This document shows, piece by piece, positions 13,013 through 22,798 of a stretch of DNA of 64,000 bases. The notes below the pieces were generated by a model, which worked only from the letters and a program-made list of their open reading frames with translations, had not been told where the DNA came from and did not search any database. The position numbers were made by a program, and so were the translations under genes. Position 1 is the stretch's first letter; every line of letters starts with the position of its first letter. The DNA is from an uncultured Planctomycetaceae bacterium. Its GTDB lineage: Bacteria; Planctomycetota; Planctomycetia; Planctomycetales; Planctomycetaceae. Location: the NCBI GenBank assembly GCA_963813715.1, contig CAWFAK010000009.1:32001-96000 (forward strand), in the 5' to 3' direction.

Positions 13013-14631
13013 GTGTCTAAAAAAGCCGCTTCCACAACAAAACCCACCCGCCGACGTGCGAAGCCGACGCCGAAGAAGAGTGCACAAAGCAGCTCGGCGC
13101 CGTCATCGAAGCTCAATTGCATCGTGCAGTTGATGTTGGAGAACCGATCGTTCGATCAAATGCTCGGGTTTCTGTACCCCAATGGCGCACCGGGGAACCA
13201 ACCGTTCGACGGCCTCACCGGAAATGAAACGAATCCGGACGAGGATGGAAATTCCGTCCAGGTATTCAAAATCGGTCAGCCGAATCCGAAAGTCCCGGCC
13301 GCCACGGGCCATCCCTATCTGATGCCCGGCTGCGATCCCGGCGAACAATTCCAAGATACGAATGAGCAGCTGTTCGGCGTCGATCCTGCTCCCGTGAACG
13401 GCGTCCCGGACAATCAAGGGTTCGTCAAGAACTTTGCCAAGGGCATCGTGACACACCACAAGTTCACTGACACGCTGCCGGGGACGGTGTCGGCGGAGAT
13501 CATGGGCGTGTATCCGCCGGGAATGCTCCCCGTCATGACGGCGCTCGCCAAGGGGTTCGCTGTTTGCGACCGCTGGTTTTCCTCCGTGCCGACACAGACA
13601 TTTCCGAACCGCGCCTTCGCCAGCGCGGGGACCTCGCTCGGGTATTTGAAGGACCACAGTGGCATGGTCTTCAACTGCCCCAGCATTTTCGGTCGCCTCT
13701 CCGACGCGAACCTCGACTGGACAATCTACGGATACAACGGTCGACCGCTGACCCGGACCGATTTCCCCGATACGAAGATTGCCGAGAGGACGCATTTCGG
13801 AACATTTTCCGATTTCAAGAATCGGGCCGCGGCGGGCACTTTGCCCCCGTACACCTTCCTTGAACCCGAATGGGGGGCTGCGGGAAACAGCCAGCACCCG
13901 AATTACGACGTCTCACTGGGCGAGCAATTGATGCTCGACACCTACCGAGCCTTGCGGGGCAGTCCTCAATGGAACGAGACGCTGCTTCTCATCACCTATG
14001 ACGAGCATGGGGGCAACTACGATCACGTCCCACCGCCGTCCGGAGCGGTGCCCCGGATGATCACATCGGCGAGTTCGAGTCGTTCGATTTCACGCGGTTC
14101 GGCGTGCGGATTCCCGCCCTGTTGATTTCCCCCTGGATTCCGGAAGGAACGGTGTTCCGCGTGATACAGGGAACAATCGACCACACGTCCGTCCTGAAAA
14201 CGATCGAGGACCGTTGGGGAGTTCCGCCCCTCACTCAACGCGACGCGGCGGCGCCGAGCCTGGCCGGCGTGTTGTCTCTCAGTGCACCACGGACCGACGA
14301 TCCCCTCGAGAATGTTCAAGCACCCGTATCGCATCCCGATGTGCGACGGAATCTCGATCTGCCCTCGCACATTGAGACCATGCATGCTGAGCGAGTCGCC
14401 GCCTTGGATCTGCCGAACGAACATGGGTTTTATAGCGAGCAGGCAGACCCCGATTTGTCGACGAGTGCCAAAATTCACAACTACATCGAGGCTCGAATGC
14501 AGCAGTGGGACAAATACCTCCAGAAGGATGGTCGAGGTAAAGAATTGCGGCGTCGCCGGAGCACGGCAGAGAAGAAATTGGTCGCTGCGGCAGCATTGAA
14601 GCAGCCCCGGCCGCCGGAAAACGGTGATTGA
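13013..14631 (+). CDS. Phosphoesterase / phospholipase C family protein; frameshift near 14050
   Basis: LMLENRSFDQMLG, DRWFSSVPTQTFPNR, LLITYDEHGGNYDHVPPP, GVRIPALLISPW, DHTSVLKTIE. Confidence 0.88.
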
Positions 14632-14704
14632 AAATCCGGCTCCGAACGGGTGATGCCTCAACATCTCCGGTTCGAGCGCCCAGTGGCAGCCAGAGAACGA
14701 CCGC

Positions 14705-17029
14705 CTACGGCCGAGCCCAGACGACGCTGCCTTGCTTCTTGTACCACACGACTGGGTTGCCCGGGTCGCGTTCCCAGGTCTTGCCGTCGATCACGAATTT
14801 GTATTCGTGCCGGCCCTCGGGGAGCTCGAGCGTCGTCGTGTACCAGCCGTCGCGGTCTGGGCCCTGCATCAGGTGCGAGTCGGGCTTCCAGTGATTGAAT
14901 GAGCCGGAAAGCGCGACCGTCTTGCAGGCAGCGGCCGGGTGATAGCGAAACTCGGCGCGGTACTTGCCGTCGCTCGTCTGTGTGACGGTCGGCGGATGAA
15001 GCGGGCCGACCACGACCACGCCGTTGCGATAGACGTTCGTCCGGTCCCGGTTGCCGGGATCGGTCTTCCAGACTTTGCCGTCGATCACGAATTTGTATTC
15101 GTGCCGCCCGATCGGCAACCGCAGCGTCGACATGAAATAGCCTTCCTTGTCGGGGCCCAACATCGCGAGCGCCGTCGGCTTCCACTCGTTGAAGGTGCCG
15201 GCGAGATAGACGGCTTTGGCGGGCTGCGGCGGACGATAGCGGAAGGCCACGTCGTAGCGGCCGTCGTCGGCCCGCGTCACTCGCGGCGGACCAATTGCAA
15301 AATCCTGCTCGGCCGGGCTGTAGTCGTACGAGCCGATCATCATCTCGTCCCAGGTCTGGTCGCCCCAGTGGACCTCGCTCGTCGGGTCGGGATTCAGCAA
15401 ATTGTTCTCGGAGTTGTCGAAGGCGGCGTGGCAGTCGATCCGCGTGCCCGCTGGCAGAACCTTGGGCTCGGCCAGGCGATAGGTGTTCTGCCAGTTGAAG
15501 TCGTAGCGCGGAACGTCGAGCAGAATCTCTTTGCGACCGTCGGGATATGCGGCGGTGAACGAAAACGCTTTGCCGCGGAGGTGCATGTGCGGCACGAGTT
15601 CGTAGAGGAAACGGTCTTCTTCGATCTGTTCTTGCGCGTCGACGCGATAATCGGCCGCGCCCGGCGGGATGGAAAACTGCCAGTTGTAGATGCCGCCGAC
15701 GGAAACTTCGTGCCGCACGGTCTGCGGGTCGGCAAACAGCAGCCCCGCCTCGCTCAGGTCGGTCTGCTCGCTGCCGTTGGGCGTGTAGTGCATTTGAAAG
15801 ACGAGCCGCGAGCCGGCCGGAATTCGCCCCGCGTAGCCGAGGGTCGGGGCTGTCGGCGGCAGTCCGGGGGCGAACGCGGCGACCGCGTTGAAGAGCGCGT
15901 CTTCCGGCTTCGGCCCCGCTTGTTCGGGCGGCACGTAGAAGAGCAGCATGTGATGGACGATGCTGCGATTGCCCGGCCGCGCTTCGGCACCGCGAATCCA
16001 CATGTCGTGCGTGAATCCCGGGTCGACGATGAAATACTTGTAGTCGACGACGCCGCTCGCCGGCACCATGAACGGCTCGGGCATTTTGACGATTAAATCG
16101 GGCTTGGGGATGCGCCAGCCGTCGGGAAAGGCGGCTTTGGCCGGCAACTGCGACGCGTCGCCCTCCGGCACGCCGTTGTCGATCCAATCGCGGATCAGCT
16201 GCTTGTCTTTTTCAGCGAGGCGGGCGTCGTTCAAGAATTTGCCGTGGGCGGGGTTCGCGCGCCACGGCGGCATCCGTCCCTGGTCGACCACTTCGCGGAT
16301 CGTCTCGGCCCAGGCGGCGGCGTCCGCGTACGAGGTCAACGCAAACGGAGCCACTTCTCCCGCCCGATGACACTCGACGCAGTTGGCCCGAAAGATCCGC
16401 GCGATCTGATTCGAGTACGTGACGTCCCCTTTCGGCGGGAGGCGATTCACGCGAGCGATGCGACAGCCGACCGACGGCGTCGAAGGCGTCCGCACTTGTC
16501 GCCCGGCGAGAATGTCGGCGAGTGCGTCTTCGACGAACGCCTTCTTGGCTTTGTCATGCGCGTAGCCGATGCCGAACTGGTCGTCGATCAGCCCGCAATA
16601 GCGGACGACGCCGGCGGAGTCGATCACGAAGGCCTCGGGCGTGCGAAGCGCGCCGAGCCGATCGGCGACCTGGTTGCCTGGATCCTTGCAGACCGGAAAC
16701 GGAATCTTATGCAGCTGCACGAAGTGCGAAATCGCGGCCAGCGAATCCTGTTGGTTGGCGTCGATGCCGAAGAACCGCACGCCCTGCCCGTGATATTTTT
16801 GTGAAAGCTCGGCCAGGCGGGTGGTGTAGCGTTGGGCGAGCGGGCACTCGGTCCCCAAAAAGACGACGACGTTGGCCCGGCTCTGCTTCCAGCCGGCAAC
16901 CGCATCGGCCCCCAGACAATCGGTTAACGCCGCCGGTTCGATCCGTTTACCCACCGGGCTCGGCGACGCATCCGTGCCGGCCGTTAACAGCAGGCCGACC
17001 AGGAGCGACGAGCAAGCGAATCCAGACAT
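14705..17029 (-). CDS. Secreted redoxin + c-type heme + type II copper monooxygenase-like protein with two C-terminal CBM48/AMPK-like domains
   Basis: Signal peptide, GTECP, RTPEAFVID, CVECH, MPPW, IVHHM, PHMHLRG, YDFNWQ, DEMM; duplicated LAG(T/S)FN.WKP...GRHEYKFVIDGK.W..DPGN. Confidence 0.82.
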   Translation of the reverse strand: MSGFACSSLLVGLLLTAGTDASPSPVGKRIEPAALTDCLGADAVAGWKQSRANVVVFLGTECPLAQRYTTRLAELSQKYHGQGVRFFGIDANQQDSLAAISHFVQLHKIPFPVCKDPGNQVADRLGALRTPEAFVIDSAGVVRYCGLIDDQFGIGYAHDKAKKAFVEDALADILAGRQVRTPSTPSVGCRIARVNRLPPKGDVTYSNQIARIFRANCVECHRAGEVAPFALTSYADAAAWAETIREVVDQGRMPPWRANPAHGKFLNDARLAEKDKQLIRDWIDNGVPEGDASQLPAKAAFPDGWRIPKPDLIVKMPEPFMVPASGVVDYKYFIVDPGFTHDMWIRGAEARPGNRSIVHHMLLFYVPPEQAGPKPEDALFNAVAAFAPGLPPTAPTLGYAGRIPAGSRLVFQMHYTPNGSEQTDLSEAGLLFADPQTVRHEVSVGGIYNWQFSIPPGAADYRVDAQEQIEEDRFLYELVPHMHLRGKAFSFTAAYPDGRKEILLDVPRYDFNWQNTYRLAEPKVLPAGTRIDCHAAFDNSENNLLNPDPTSEVHWGDQTWDEMMIGSYDYSPAEQDFAIGPPRVTRADDGRYDVAFRYRPPQPAKAVYLAGTFNEWKPTALAMLGPDKEGYFMSTLRLPIGRHEYKFVIDGKVWKTDPGNRDRTNVYRNGVVVVGPLHPPTVTQTSDGKYRAEFRYHPAAACKTVALSGSFNHWKPDSHLMQGPDRDGWYTTTLELPEGRHEYKFVIDGKTWERDPGNPVVWYKKQGSVVWARP

Positions 17030-17257
17030 CGGCAGACTCCCTCGTTCCCTCACGCAGCATTTGATTCTGTGATAGCGCTTCTGCAGGGTGAGATTCTAAA
17101 GCGATCCCGGTCGAAGGACCAAGAGCAGGAGGGACCGGCTTTGATCGGCTAGGTGGCTGGGTCGAGCTGAAGGCTCGCCCCGGGCGGCGATGACGCCGAC
17201 CCCATCCCTGACATTTTGCGGTGAGCCGGAGTAGTTCCCATTGCCCCGCGCGGCGGC

Positions 17258-17860
17258 TCAGGCGGCGCACTTCGGGGCGCTGTCCGTGGTCGCACTCGGC
17301 GACGAAGTGCTGGGGGCCGTGCGAGTGTTCCAGGGCATCTTGGCGAGCATCATGCCCATGCCGCAGGTGTCGGTCACGCCGGCGAAGACCAGACCGGCTC
17401 CGATGAAGGCCGACAGTCCGTACAGATAGGGATGGACGAGCGAACCGAGCGCGACGCCGACGAGTACCAGCGAACCGGCGGTGATCCGCACTTGCCGCTC
17501 GAGCGACATCACTTTCTTGCCGCGAACGAGGGGCAGCCCGGCTGTTTCACAAGCCGCCGTTCCGCCTTCGATGTTGATCACGTTGGCAAAGCCGGCTTTG
17601 GCAAATCGGTCGCACGCCTGCTGGCCGCGGCCGCCGGCCTGACAAATCACGTAGAGCGGCTCGTTGGCCGAGCCGTTCCGGGTCCGCACGACCTGCGCGG
17701 GGTCGAGGTCGGAGAGCGGGATGTTCCGCGCGAACTCCACGTGAACTTGCTGAAACTCGGCCGGTGTCCGCACGTCAATCAGGTCGATGCCTTGTCCCGA
17801 GCGGTGGAGCTGGGCCAGCGCCTGGGGAGAAATTGTTCCGAGAGAAGTTGACGCAGCCAT
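17258..17860 (-). CDS. Rhodanese + DUF2892 membrane sulfurtransferase (YgaP-like)
   Basis: LIDVRTPAEF, active loop ICQAGGRG, SLERQVRITAG, AGVTDTCGMGMMLAKMPWN. Confidence 0.92.
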   Translation of the reverse strand: MAASTSLGTISPQALAQLHRSGQGIDLIDVRTPAEFQQVHVEFARNIPLSDLDPAQVVRTRNGSANEPLYVICQAGGRGQQACDRFAKAGFANVINIEGGTAACETAGLPLVRGKKVMSLERQVRITAGSLVLVGVALGSLVHPYLYGLSAFIGAGLVFAGVTDTCGMGMMLAKMPWNTRTAPSTSSPSATTDSAPKCAA

Positions 17861-17873
17861 CGTGCTCGCTCCT

Positions 17874-19682
17874 TCACCTGCGTTGGATCCGGCGGATTGC
17901 GTCCGCCAACCGGTCGATTTCGTCTTTCTTATTATAGAAAGCCAGGGAGGGACGAACTGTAGCCTCAAGTCCAAAACGCCTCAAGGAGGGTTGTGAGCAG
18001 TGGTGGCCGGCCCGCACGGCGATCCCCTCCAGGTCGAGGAGCCGTCCCACTTCGATCGTGGGGCGATCCTGAAGCACGAAGGACAGCACGCCGACCTTTT
18101 CCCGGGCCGTGCCGATCAGCCGCAGGCCGTTGATCCGCGACAGGGCCTCCGTTGCGTAAGCCAACAGCTCGTGCTCGTACTGGGCGATATTGGGCAGGCC
18201 GAATTGGCGGACGTAATCGAGCGCGGCCCCCAAGCCGACGGCGTCGGCGATGTTGGGCGTGCCCGCCTCGAACTTGGCCGGCGGATCGGCATAGGTGGTG
18301 TCTTCGAAGGTGACGTTCTTGATCATGCTGCCGCCCCCCTGCCAGGGAGGCATGATGTCGAGCAGCTCTTCGCGGGCCTGCAGCACGCCGATGCCTGTTG
18401 GGCCGAAAATCTTGTGGCCCGAGAAAACGTAGAAATCGGAGCCCAGCTGCTGCACGTTCACCGGCACGTGGGCGACCGTTTGCGCCCCGTCGATCAGCAC
18501 GCGGGCCCCGTACCGCTTGGCCATCTGCGTCATCTCGGCGATGGGCAAGAGCGTGCCGATGCTGTTGGAGGCGTGGGCCAACGCGACCAGCTTGGTCCGC
18601 GGCCCGAGAATCTTCTGGTACTCCTCGAGAATGATTTCGCCCCGATCGTTGACGGGAATCACCCGCAGGCGAGCGCCGGTCTCTTTCAAGATCAGCTGCC
18701 AGGGGACGATGTTGGCGTGATGTTCGAGCGTCGAGAGGACGATTTCGTCGTCCGGCTGCAGGAACTTGCGGCCCCACGTTTGGGCCACCAGGTTGATCGC
18801 TTCGGTCGTGCCGCGGACGAAGACAATTTCTTTGGACGACGACGCGCCCAAGAAGTCGCGGACCTTGTCGCGAGCCTGCTCGAAGCCTTCGGTCGCCCGT
18901 CCGGCCAGCGTGTGCGCGCCGCGGTGGATGTTGGAATTGTCGTGCTCGTAAAAGTACGAGAGCGCGTCGATCACGCTTTGGGGCTTCTGCGTGGTGGCCG
19001 CGTTGTCGAGCCAGACGAGCGGCCGGCCGTGCACGCGCTGGTGCAGAATCGGGAAGTCGCGACGGACCGCGTCGACGTCGAGCGGCCGCGCGCCGTAGCC
19101 GTTGGCCGCGTCGTCGCGCGGGTAAGGGGCCGGCTCGAACGTCGGGAACTGCGGCGCGGCCGGACGCGAGTTGCCCGGAGCGTGGTTGGTTGTCGCCGAG
19201 GCGGCCGTCGGAGCCGAAGTCGATTTGGGCTCGCCGTTGGGAAACGCCTCGGTCGACGAGCGAAAGTCGGAGCGACGAATGCTCTGGACGAACGCGCGCA
19301 GTCCATCCGTTTGCGATCCGCTGCTTGATGTCGCGGGGAAACCGGACGGACTCGGTGATGACCCCGCGCCGAACGACGGCGCGTGCCCGCCGAATTGGCT
19401 GCCAAATTCCGTCGGCCCGCGGAACGCCTCGACCGGAGCTGCCGAGGCGACGGGAGCCATGGCCGGAGCCTGGCTCTGAAAGATCGGACTGTCGAACGCC
19501 GGCAAAGTTTCCGGAGGCAGCGGCGTTGCCGGCGCTTGCACTTGCTCTCGCGCCATCGAATCGGCGGCCGGATCGACGGGAGGCAGCGGTCCGCCGCCCA
19601 GGCCCGCTCCGTGGCCCCCCGGACTCTCGCTATACAGTCGGCTCGCCAACTGGGCGATGTGATCGGGTGTGAGACTGGTCAT
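17874..19682 (-). CDS. Encapsulin cargo cysteine desulfurase (SufS-like, class II) with disordered N-terminal loading domain
   Basis: WLDNAATTQKP, SNIHRGAH, EHHANIVPWQ, SGHK (PLP Lys), RAGHHCSQP; ~200-aa Pro/Ala/Ser-rich extension. Start 19682 (GGAG RBS) or 19712. Confidence 0.93.
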   Translation of the reverse strand: MTSLTPDHIAQLASRLYSESPGGHGAGLGGGPLPPVDPAADSMAREQVQAPATPLPPETLPAFDSPIFQSQAPAMAPVASAAPVEAFRGPTEFGSQFGGHAPSFGAGSSPSPSGFPATSSSGSQTDGLRAFVQSIRRSDFRSSTEAFPNGEPKSTSAPTAASATTNHAPGNSRPAAPQFPTFEPAPYPRDDAANGYGARPLDVDAVRRDFPILHQRVHGRPLVWLDNAATTQKPQSVIDALSYFYEHDNSNIHRGAHTLAGRATEGFEQARDKVRDFLGASSSKEIVFVRGTTEAINLVAQTWGRKFLQPDDEIVLSTLEHHANIVPWQLILKETGARLRVIPVNDRGEIILEEYQKILGPRTKLVALAHASNSIGTLLPIAEMTQMAKRYGARVLIDGAQTVAHVPVNVQQLGSDFYVFSGHKIFGPTGIGVLQAREELLDIMPPWQGGGSMIKNVTFEDTTYADPPAKFEAGTPNIADAVGLGAALDYVRQFGLPNIAQYEHELLAYATEALSRINGLRLIGTAREKVGVLSFVLQDRPTIEVGRLLDLEGIAVRAGHHCSQPSLRRFGLEATVRPSLAFYNKKDEIDRLADAIRRIQRR

Positions 19683-19721
19683 CGTCGACGCTCCGCTGGC
19701 CGCTGATTTCAAAGCCGCTCA

Positions 19722-19775
19722 TTCGAACGGGGGCTTATTTTTCGAGCAGGGCTTCTTTCGAACTGGGGCTTATTT
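19722..19775 (-). repeat. Short imperfect triple tandem repeat between shell 2 and the desulfurase
   Basis: AAATAAGCCCCAGTTCGAA / AGAAGCCCTGCTCGAA / AAATAAGCCCCCGTTCGAA. Confidence 0.6.
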
Positions 19776-21209
19776 GAATTTCGTCATGCGATGCTCGTAG
19801 TCGTGGTAGTAGCCCACCTCGACGTTTTCGAGGATGCCCAGCGCGTCGTCGGTCAACACGGCGCACGAGAAGTAGAGTGTGAGCAGGTACGAGGCGACGC
19901 CCAGGCTGTCCAAGCCCATCAACCGGGCCGACAGGCTCGGCTTGATCTCGCCCGGAATGCCCGCTTGGTGCAGGCCGACGACTCCCTGGTCTCCCTCGCC
20001 GATCCGCAGCAGCAAGATGTTGGTCGTGCCGAACCACTGGTTCGACTGGTTGCGGCTGTAGACCTCGAGCTTGTCGCAGGGCACCAACGGCACGCCGCGC
20101 CACGTGATCACCGACGTACCGAACAGGTTGATCGTCACCGGCGGCACGCCGCGCCACGTGCACTCCCGCTCGAACGCGGCGATCGCCTTCGGATGGGCGA
20201 GGAAGAACGCCGGCTTCTTCCAGACGAGGGCCAGCAAATCGTCGAGATCGTCGGGCGTCGGCGCTCCGTAACGCGTGCTGATCCGCATGGCCGGGTCGGC
20301 CGAGTGCAACAGGCCGAACTTCTTGCTGTTGACGATCTCCCACTCTTGGCGTTCCTTGATCCCCTCGATCGTCAGCCGCATCTGCTCTTCAAGCTGATCG
20401 TAGGGGCCGTTGTAGAGATCGGACACGCGCGTATGCACGCGGACCACCGTCTGCACGGCGGAGAGTGAATATTCCCGCGGGTTGGCCGAGTAATCGACGA
20501 AGGTCTCGGGGATCTCGACGTTCTCGGCAAAGCCTGACACGAGGTCGATGTTGCGTTCGCCGTACCGATTGACGGTCGAGCGCAGCTCTTGGTGTTCCTC
20601 GATCGCCTTTCTGAAATCGTCCTGCAGGTTGGGCTCTTCGGCCAGCACGGCGTCGAGGTCTTTGCGGGACAGGGTGAGCAGCACGCATGGCGTGTTCGTG
20701 CGAACGGTGACGTCCGACGGCTTGTCGGAGACGAGATCGGTCTCGCCGAAGAACTCGCCTTCGCTCAAGAGGGCGATCCGCAGGTCGGACCCGTGAATGC
20801 CCTTGCTGAGCACCTCGACCTGCCCCTGGGCGATGATGAAGAACTTGCTCAGATCCTCGCCTTCGACGAGGAGCTTGTTGCCCAGCGACACGTCTTCCGT
20901 CTTAAAGCGGCTGGCCATTCGCGTGATGATGGCCTCGGGCAGCTTGGAGAAGAGGGGCACGCTTCGCAGCGATTCGGACGGGAACGAGGCCGTCTCACCC
21001 GACGCATCCACGCCAATCCGCTCTGCCTTGGGCAGCTCGACCTTCGTGCGATTGACGCGGTACACGCCGCCGTGCACGTGCACCCACGGCAGCAGGCTCA
21101 AGAGCCAGCGCGGGGTGATCGACATCATCTTGGGCGACGTTTTGGTCGTATCCGCCAGGTTCCTGGCGACCGACGTCGTCACACTACGCTGCAACAGACC
21201 GTTCGACAT
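19770..21209 (-). CDS. Family 2B encapsulin shell protein with cNMP-binding-domain insertion, copy 2
   Basis: ARNLADTTKT..ITPRWLL.LLPWV..GG.YRVNR, cNMP domain (VPLFS, GEFFGE), PREYSLS, HTRVSDLYN, PTPDDLDDLL, WRGVPL.PCDK, SYLLTLYFS. Confidence 0.92.
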   Translation of the reverse strand: MSNGLLQRSVTTSVARNLADTTKTSPKMMSITPRWLLSLLPWVHVHGGVYRVNRTKVELPKAERIGVDASGETASFPSESLRSVPLFSKLPEAIITRMASRFKTEDVSLGNKLLVEGEDLSKFFIIAQGQVEVLSKGIHGSDLRIALLSEGEFFGETDLVSDKPSDVTVRTNTPCVLLTLSRKDLDAVLAEEPNLQDDFRKAIEEHQELRSTVNRYGERNIDLVSGFAENVEIPETFVDYSANPREYSLSAVQTVVRVHTRVSDLYNGPYDQLEEQMRLTIEGIKERQEWEIVNSKKFGLLHSADPAMRISTRYGAPTPDDLDDLLALVWKKPAFFLAHPKAIAAFERECTWRGVPPVTINLFGTSVITWRGVPLVPCDKLEVYSRNQSNQWFGTTNILLLRIGEGDQGVVGLHQAGIPGEIKPSLSARLMGLDSLGVASYLLTLYFSCAVLTDDALGILENVEVGYYHDYEHRMTKFK

Positions 21210-21340
21210 GGCCTCTCCTCAACCTTTTTCCGTTCGGTTATTCCGTTCCGTGATTTCAGTCGTCCGCTAATTCACTCGTCCGCTAACCGCCGTGCAAATC
21301 CCCACCGCCCCCAACAGAAAACTCAAACCAATCGCTTCAC

Positions 21341-22798
21341 TTAGATCCCCAGCCCGTCCGCGAATCGTCGGGGCTCGCGACTTTCGTAATCGTGGTAGTA
21401 GCTGACCTCGACGTTTTCCAGAATTCCCAGCGCGTCGTCGGTCAACACGGCGCACGAGAAGTAGAGCGTGAGCAGGTACGAGGCGACTCCCAGGCTGTCC
21501 AAGCCCATCAACCGGGCCGACAGGCTCGGCTTGATCTCGCCCGGGATGCCCACCTCGTGCAGCCCGACGACTCCCTGGTCGCCCTCGCCGATCCGCAGCA
21601 GGATAATGCTCGTGGTGCCGAACCATTGGCGAGCCTGGTTGCGGCCCTGGATTTCCAGCTTGTCGCAAGGGATCAGCGGCACGCCCCGCCATGTGATCAC
21701 CGACGTACCGAACAGGTTGATCGTCACCGGCGGCACGCCCCGCCACGTGCACTCGCGCTCGAACGCGGCGATCGCCTTCGGATGGGCCAGGAAGAAGGCC
21801 GGCTTTTTCCAGACGAGGGCCAGTAGGTCATCGAGATCGTCGGGCGTGGGCGAACCGTAACGCGTGCTGATTCGCATGGCCGGGTCGGCCGAGTGCAAGA
21901 GGCCGAACTTCTTGCTGTTGACGATCTCCCACTCCTGCCGTTCCTTGATCCCCTCGATCGTGAGGCGCATCTGCTCTTCGAGCTGATCGTAGGGACCGTT
22001 GTAGAGATCCGAGACGCGCGTGTGGACCCGCACGACCGTCTGCACGGCGGAGAGCGAGTATTCCCTCGGGTTGGCCGAGTAGTCGACGAACGTCTCTGGA
22101 ATCACGACGTTCTCGGCAAAGCCCGAAACGAGGTCGATGTTGCGTTCGCCGTAGCGATTGACGGTCGAGCGCAGTTCAAGGTGGTCCTCGATCGCCTTCT
22201 TGAATTCGTCCTGCAGGTTGGGCGTTTCGGCGAGGACAGCTTCGAGGTCTTTCCGCGAAAGCGTCAGCACGACACAGGGCGTGTTCGTGCGGACGGTGAC
22301 GTCGGACGGCTTGTCGGAAACGAGGTCGGTCTCGCCGAAGTATTCGCCTTCGCTCAACAGGGCGATCCGCAGGTCGCTGCCGTGCACGCCTTTGCTCAGC
22401 ACTTCGACCTGCCCCTGGGCAATGACGAAGAACTTGCTGATGTCTTCGCCTTCAACCAATAGCTTGTTGCCCATCGACACGTTTTCGGTCTTGAAGCGGC
22501 TGGCCATCCGCGCGATGACCGCTTCGGGCAGCTTGGAGAAGAGAGGCACGCTCCGCAGCGCCTCGGGGGCGAAGGAGGCCGTCTCGCCCGACACGTCGAC
22601 GCCGATCCGCTCCGCCTTGGGCAGCTCGACCTTCGTGCGGTTGACGCGATAGGTTCCGCCGTGCACGTGCACCCAGGGCAGCAGGCTCAACAGCCACCGC
22701 GGGGTGATTGACATCATCTTGGGTGACGTCTTGGTCGTGTCGGCCAGGTTCCTGGCGACCGACGTCGTCACGCTGCGCTGCAACAGACCGTTCGACAT
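21341..22798 (-). CDS. Family 2B encapsulin shell protein with cNMP-binding-domain insertion, copy 1
   Basis: Same motifs as 19770-21209; about 90% aa identity by eye, with a different C-terminal tail. Confidence 0.92.
   Translation of the reverse strand: MSNGLLQRSVTTSVARNLADTTKTSPKMMSITPRWLLSLLPWVHVHGGTYRVNRTKVELPKAERIGVDVSGETASFAPEALRSVPLFSKLPEAVIARMASRFKTENVSMGNKLLVEGEDISKFFVIAQGQVEVLSKGVHGSDLRIALLSEGEYFGETDLVSDKPSDVTVRTNTPCVVLTLSRKDLEAVLAETPNLQDEFKKAIEDHLELRSTVNRYGERNIDLVSGFAENVVIPETFVDYSANPREYSLSAVQTVVRVHTRVSDLYNGPYDQLEEQMRLTIEGIKERQEWEIVNSKKFGLLHSADPAMRISTRYGSPTPDDLDDLLALVWKKPAFFLAHPKAIAAFERECTWRGVPPVTINLFGTSVITWRGVPLIPCDKLEIQGRNQARQWFGTTSIILLRIGEGDQGVVGLHEVGIPGEIKPSLSARLMGLDSLGVASYLLTLYFSCAVLTDDALGILENVEVSYYHDYESREPRRFADGLGI

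Noticed and set aside
19770..22798. Shell genes read as Crp/Fnr regulators or as prophage capsid genes
   Set aside because: No HTH; the cNMP domain is inserted in an encapsulin sequence; no terminase, portal or tail genes nearby
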